This document shows positions 60,919-64,000 of a DNA stretch of 64,000 bases, in pieces (position 1 is the stretch's first letter; each line of letters starts with the position of its first letter). The stretch is from an uncultured virus (IMG/VR IMGVR_UViG_2597490189_000005) (taxonomy: Duplodnaviria; Heunggongvirae; Uroviricota; Caudoviricetes), in IMG/VR virus record IMGVR_UViG_2597490189_000005; one strand, written 5' to 3'. The notes under the pieces were generated by a model, which was not told the origin of the DNA, did not search any database, and saw only the letters and a list, made by a program, of their open reading frames with translations. A program made the position numbers and the translations under genes.

Positions 60919-61231
60919 TCAGGAAAATCACATCAAGCTGTTTAATTACCTTGATTTCCCATACTGCTAACTCTATCTGAAGCAGTCTATTCCACGCCTC
61001 AATCTCAGCATAAGTAATAGGACAAAGCCCCATACCTGACTGTCGAGAAAGAGATAGCTCATAGAAAAAACCCAGCAGATAACTTATCGCTGGGCTAATT
61101 TCGATATTCTCAAGCTCTTCAGGAACACTACCAGTCTGCTCTTGAATAGCCAAAAGATGTTCTCGCAAGGTGCAATCAGAATCCTTTGGCTTTTTGTCTA
61201 ATTCAAATTCTTTTTTAGCGTATGCCAACAA
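60896..61231 (-). CDS. Tail assembly chaperone, gpT-like frameshift extension
   Basis: In the -1 frame from GGGAAAG at 61255-61261. Confidence 0.8.
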   Translation of the reverse strand: MLAYAKKEFELDKKPKDSDCTLREHLLAIQEQTGSVPEELENIEISPAISYLLGFFYELSLSRQSGMGLCPITYAEIEAWNRLLQIELAVWEIKVIKQLDVIFLNVQNTEI

Positions 61232-61239
61232 ATCATCAA

Positions 61240-61644
61240 TTAGCTCTTCAAGAACTTTCCCAAATCGTTAGAATGTTCAAGGACTTGTTCAATAATCCAA
61301 TCACATTCCGTTAATAACATTCGGGCGTTTTCTTCCGTGAATGGCAGTTCTTTTTTGTCGCCAAATTCCACATTTTCCCAACCAACCATACGATTTAATG
61401 CTAACTCGATACTTTCTTGTTTGATTTCATCAAATTCCTTAAATTTAGGGTGGCGAGAACGAGCATTTTCCAATTCGCGTTTTTGCTCTTTGCGTAATTG
61501 TTTTGCAAAGAACTTTTGAGCTTGATCTGATTTTGCGCTCACTACACTAATAAATGCTCCCAATCCTTCACCCGTTACAGGATGAACAAGTTCAAAGCGA
61601 TGTGAGTCTGAAATATTCTCTTTGGCAAGGTTTTTTAAGTTCAT
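61240..61644 (-). CDS. Tail assembly chaperone (gpG-like)
   Basis: Follows the tube gene, ends with a slippery heptamer. Confidence 0.8.
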   Translation of the reverse strand: MNLKNLAKENISDSHRFELVHPVTGEGLGAFISVVSAKSDQAQKFFAKQLRKEQKRELENARSRHPKFKEFDEIKQESIELALNRMVGWENVEFGDKKELPFTEENARMLLTECDWIIEQVLEHSNDLGKFLKS

Positions 61645-61738
61645 TTTTTGTTCCTTATAAACGAAAAAACCGCCAATAAAGGCGGTTTAGGTAAAATTTA
61701 GGTATAAAAAAAGCTCCGTTTAAGGAGCTTGGTTAAGG

Positions 61739-62743
61739 TTAGGCGAGTGTGTCTTGTACAATCATTGTGGTTGCTTTTTTCAAGCTATCATCAATGGTGC
61801 TTTGTGCATCAAAAACAGCGGGAAACGCATCATAATTCAGGGTTTGAATTAAGTTATCGCCACTGTTGACTTCGGATGAAGTGAGTTTCACGCCAGGTAA
61901 AATTAACGTAACATAATCTGAGTTGGTTTCACTTTCAGCATCCATTCGTAAGGCAAGTGAAAGGGATGTGCCATTTCTAACCGCTTGCCACATCTTTTTA
62001 TCTTTCAAGTAAGTAGAAAACGAACCACTGACTTTGACTGTGCCAATAAACACATCAGGGGCGTAAGTTGCACCTAAAACAGGCTCACTGCTTGCACCGA
62101 GATCGATGTCAATCTTAAAACCTGTCACAAAACCGACTTCCGCTTTATTGAGTAACAGTTTTCCTTTTACCCCTGCCAATTTTCCTGATTGAGCAATCGG
62201 GGTAGGATTGGTAAAGTAAGTGGCTTGTAGCTCTTCACTTTTTTGCCCTAAGAATGAAACGGTGACAGAGGAAATGCCGTTAGGCTGAACATCAATGCTC
62301 ATCTTAGAAACACGACAACCGGTATAAACACGGTTTACGTTAATATCTTGGAAAATCTCTTCAATGGTGAATGAGTCCGTGGTGTGATTGGTTTCAGGCA
62401 CAATGAGAATTTTTCCGTTTTTCTCGCTGGTACCATTTGACGTTTTCTTAATAATCGGGGCTTTAGCCTCTGCGGTAAATGCACCACGCAGAACCGCAGC
62501 AAAGAACTGCGACCACTGCCCAGCCGATAGTTCACCTTTAATGTCGCCTTCGACCTTTTCAAAACCGACAATAGAGGCGGAACGTTGTAAATCAGAACGA
62601 ATTTCTTCTGATTGGAACGATTCAAAATTGGCATTTAAGGATGTTTCAATGCGTGGAATGATCTTGGCTCCCGTTTTCTCAGCTTTTGTGCCAAAAACGG
62701 ATTCCTTGCTGATAACCAGTGTTCTTTTGACTTCTTGAGCCAT
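61739..62743 (-). CDS. Tail tube protein
   Basis: E..FG, S.EIR.D, YTGC.V..M motifs. Confidence 0.8.
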   Translation of the reverse strand: MAQEVKRTLVISKESVFGTKAEKTGAKIIPRIETSLNANFESFQSEEIRSDLQRSASIVGFEKVEGDIKGELSAGQWSQFFAAVLRGAFTAEAKAPIIKKTSNGTSEKNGKILIVPETNHTTDSFTIEEIFQDINVNRVYTGCRVSKMSIDVQPNGISSVTVSFLGQKSEELQATYFTNPTPIAQSGKLAGVKGKLLLNKAEVGFVTGFKIDIDLGASSEPVLGATYAPDVFIGTVKVSGSFSTYLKDKKMWQAVRNGTSLSLALRMDAESETNSDYVTLILPGVKLTSSEVNSGDNLIQTLNYDAFPAVFDAQSTIDDSLKKATTMIVQDTLA

Positions 62744-62745
62744 AG

Positions 62746-63153
62746 TTACTCCTTATTCAGCTCGTAGGCTGTGTAATGGATTGTGATAGGTAAAGCCAAC
62801 TTATCATCATTTAAAAAAATACCGCCAATAGTGGGCGGTTGAGAGATAACAACTTGAACATTCTCTTCAATGATAGATTGACCGTAAAAATGATTGCGGA
62901 TGAGCTCCGCTCTTTCTTCGATAGCGTGCGTGCCATTGCCATTTGGATAGAACAAGGTCACCTGTAAAAACCCTGTTTCAACAGAAAGCGGTTTATCAGA
63001 AATGCTTGCTGTATCACTGGTTGTTACAGAAAGAAAAACCGCTTGATAAGGCAAACTCACTTTATTGTTTACCCCCTCCCAAGCGGTACTAAACTTGCCT
63101 AATTCCGTTAGTTGCGTTTGTAGAATGGATCGAATGATTTTTTTCATTACCAA
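62746..63153 (-). CDS. Tail terminator protein
   Basis: GFLQV.L.YP.G.G motif, synteny. Confidence 0.7.
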   Translation of the reverse strand: MVMKKIIRSILQTQLTELGKFSTAWEGVNNKVSLPYQAVFLSVTTSDTASISDKPLSVETGFLQVTLFYPNGNGTHAIEERAELIRNHFYGQSIIEENVQVVISQPPTIGGIFLNDDKLALPITIHYTAYELNKE

Positions 63154-63560
63154 AGCCCTAATGTTGGATTTCTAGCTAAATATGCTTTTAGCTCTTTAAC
63201 GGTTATCCGAACCATACCTTGAGGAGCTTGGATAGAATAACCATTCTTCGTTTTCCCTGATGGATTTTTCGGAGGATTAGGATAAAGCCCATATTCCAAC
63301 GCAGGGGCATAAGGCAAGTTAGTTGCAATATAAATCACATCGCCAAATTTCGCCTTGGCAATATGTTCATTTGAGCCATTAAAATTCGGGGGTAAAGCTG
63401 AGACAGACACAGTCCAACTTCGTCTTAACGCCCCTGTATCAACAGGCGATTTCGCTTGCACTTTCGCAAAAGCCTCTAACGCTACTTTACGAATGACTAA
63501 GTTTTTCCGTTGCTCAATCTGCTCAATTTGTTGCTGAATTTGTGCAATAAAACTACTCAT
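63147..63560 (-). CDS. HK97 gp10-like neck protein
   Basis: SPVDTGALRRSW, NLPYA..LEYG, S.QAP.GMVR. Confidence 0.8.
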   Translation of the reverse strand: MSSFIAQIQQQIEQIEQRKNLVIRKVALEAFAKVQAKSPVDTGALRRSWTVSVSALPPNFNGSNEHIAKAKFGDVIYIATNLPYAPALEYGLYPNPPKNPSGKTKNGYSIQAPQGMVRITVKELKAYLARNPTLGLW

Positions 63561-63907
63561 TGTTTTCTCCCTTGGCATTGATAAAGCATTGCTACACTAG
63601 CAGGTTTTATCGGCTGAACGGCAATAATGCTCCACACCTCGCCATTCACTTCAACCGCTGAGCCGACTTCTGCTTTTTCTGTCAGATAAATCACCACGTC
63701 GCCTTGCTGTACCGTTGCAAATTCTCGGTTTACTGAAAAATCATAAGCCAGATTATCAAAAAGACAGTAAGCATTCTGTTTCCTGATCTCAGTTTGCATT
63801 TTTCCCGTGGCTGGATCGTATTGCCCAGATATTTGTGTTTTAATCAAACAAGGCGAACCAAACTTCTGAATTAACTGCTTGGAGATTTGCTTTAATTTGC
63901 CGTACAA
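63557..63907 (-). CDS. Head closure protein (putative)
   Basis: YDPATG motif, synteny. Confidence 0.6.
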   Translation of the reverse strand: MYGKLKQISKQLIQKFGSPCLIKTQISGQYDPATGKMQTEIRKQNAYCLFDNLAYDFSVNREFATVQQGDVVIYLTEKAEVGSAVEVNGEVWSIIAVQPIKPASVAMLYQCQGRKQ

Positions 63908-64000
63908 GTTACCCCCTTAACAAGGACACATTGTTAGTAGATGATGAATTTAAAAAGCGAGAAAGCAAGGTTTTGACATACTCAAACCGATTGCTACTAC

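Larger units (their letters stand above)
47400..64000 (-). mobile_element. Prophage B, tail region (continues beyond window)
   Basis: Head-tail joining, tail tube, chaperones, tape measure, L/K/I/J. Tube and tape measure differ from prophage A. Confidence 0.9.

Overview
The window holds two lambda-like (siphovirus) prophage segments in tandem, mostly on the minus strand. ACAAGCGGT uptake sequences in terminators point to the Actinobacillus/Mannheimia group of Pasteurellaceae. Prophage A (about 820-47300) has tail, head, packaging, lysis, Q/nin, replication, cI/cro, recombination and accessory modules, but no visible integrase and a nonsense codon in cII. Prophage B (about 47400 to beyond 64000) contributes a different tail shaft. 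The two share a near-identical 6.1-kb tail-tip block spaced exactly 48,701 bp apart. The most striking unannotated structure is three copies of a module the ORF track partly misses: an operator-overlapped promoter, a tiny Ibs-like toxin, a Sib-like antisense RNA with its own promoter and terminator, and a ribbon-helix-helix gene. Also notable are two C4-type antisense RNA/antirepressor switches of different specificity, four accessory cassettes behind a repeated promoter-terminator leader, a TPR+HEPN moron, and an intact PP2C phosphatase beside truncated kinases. All family calls are by eye, without database searches.
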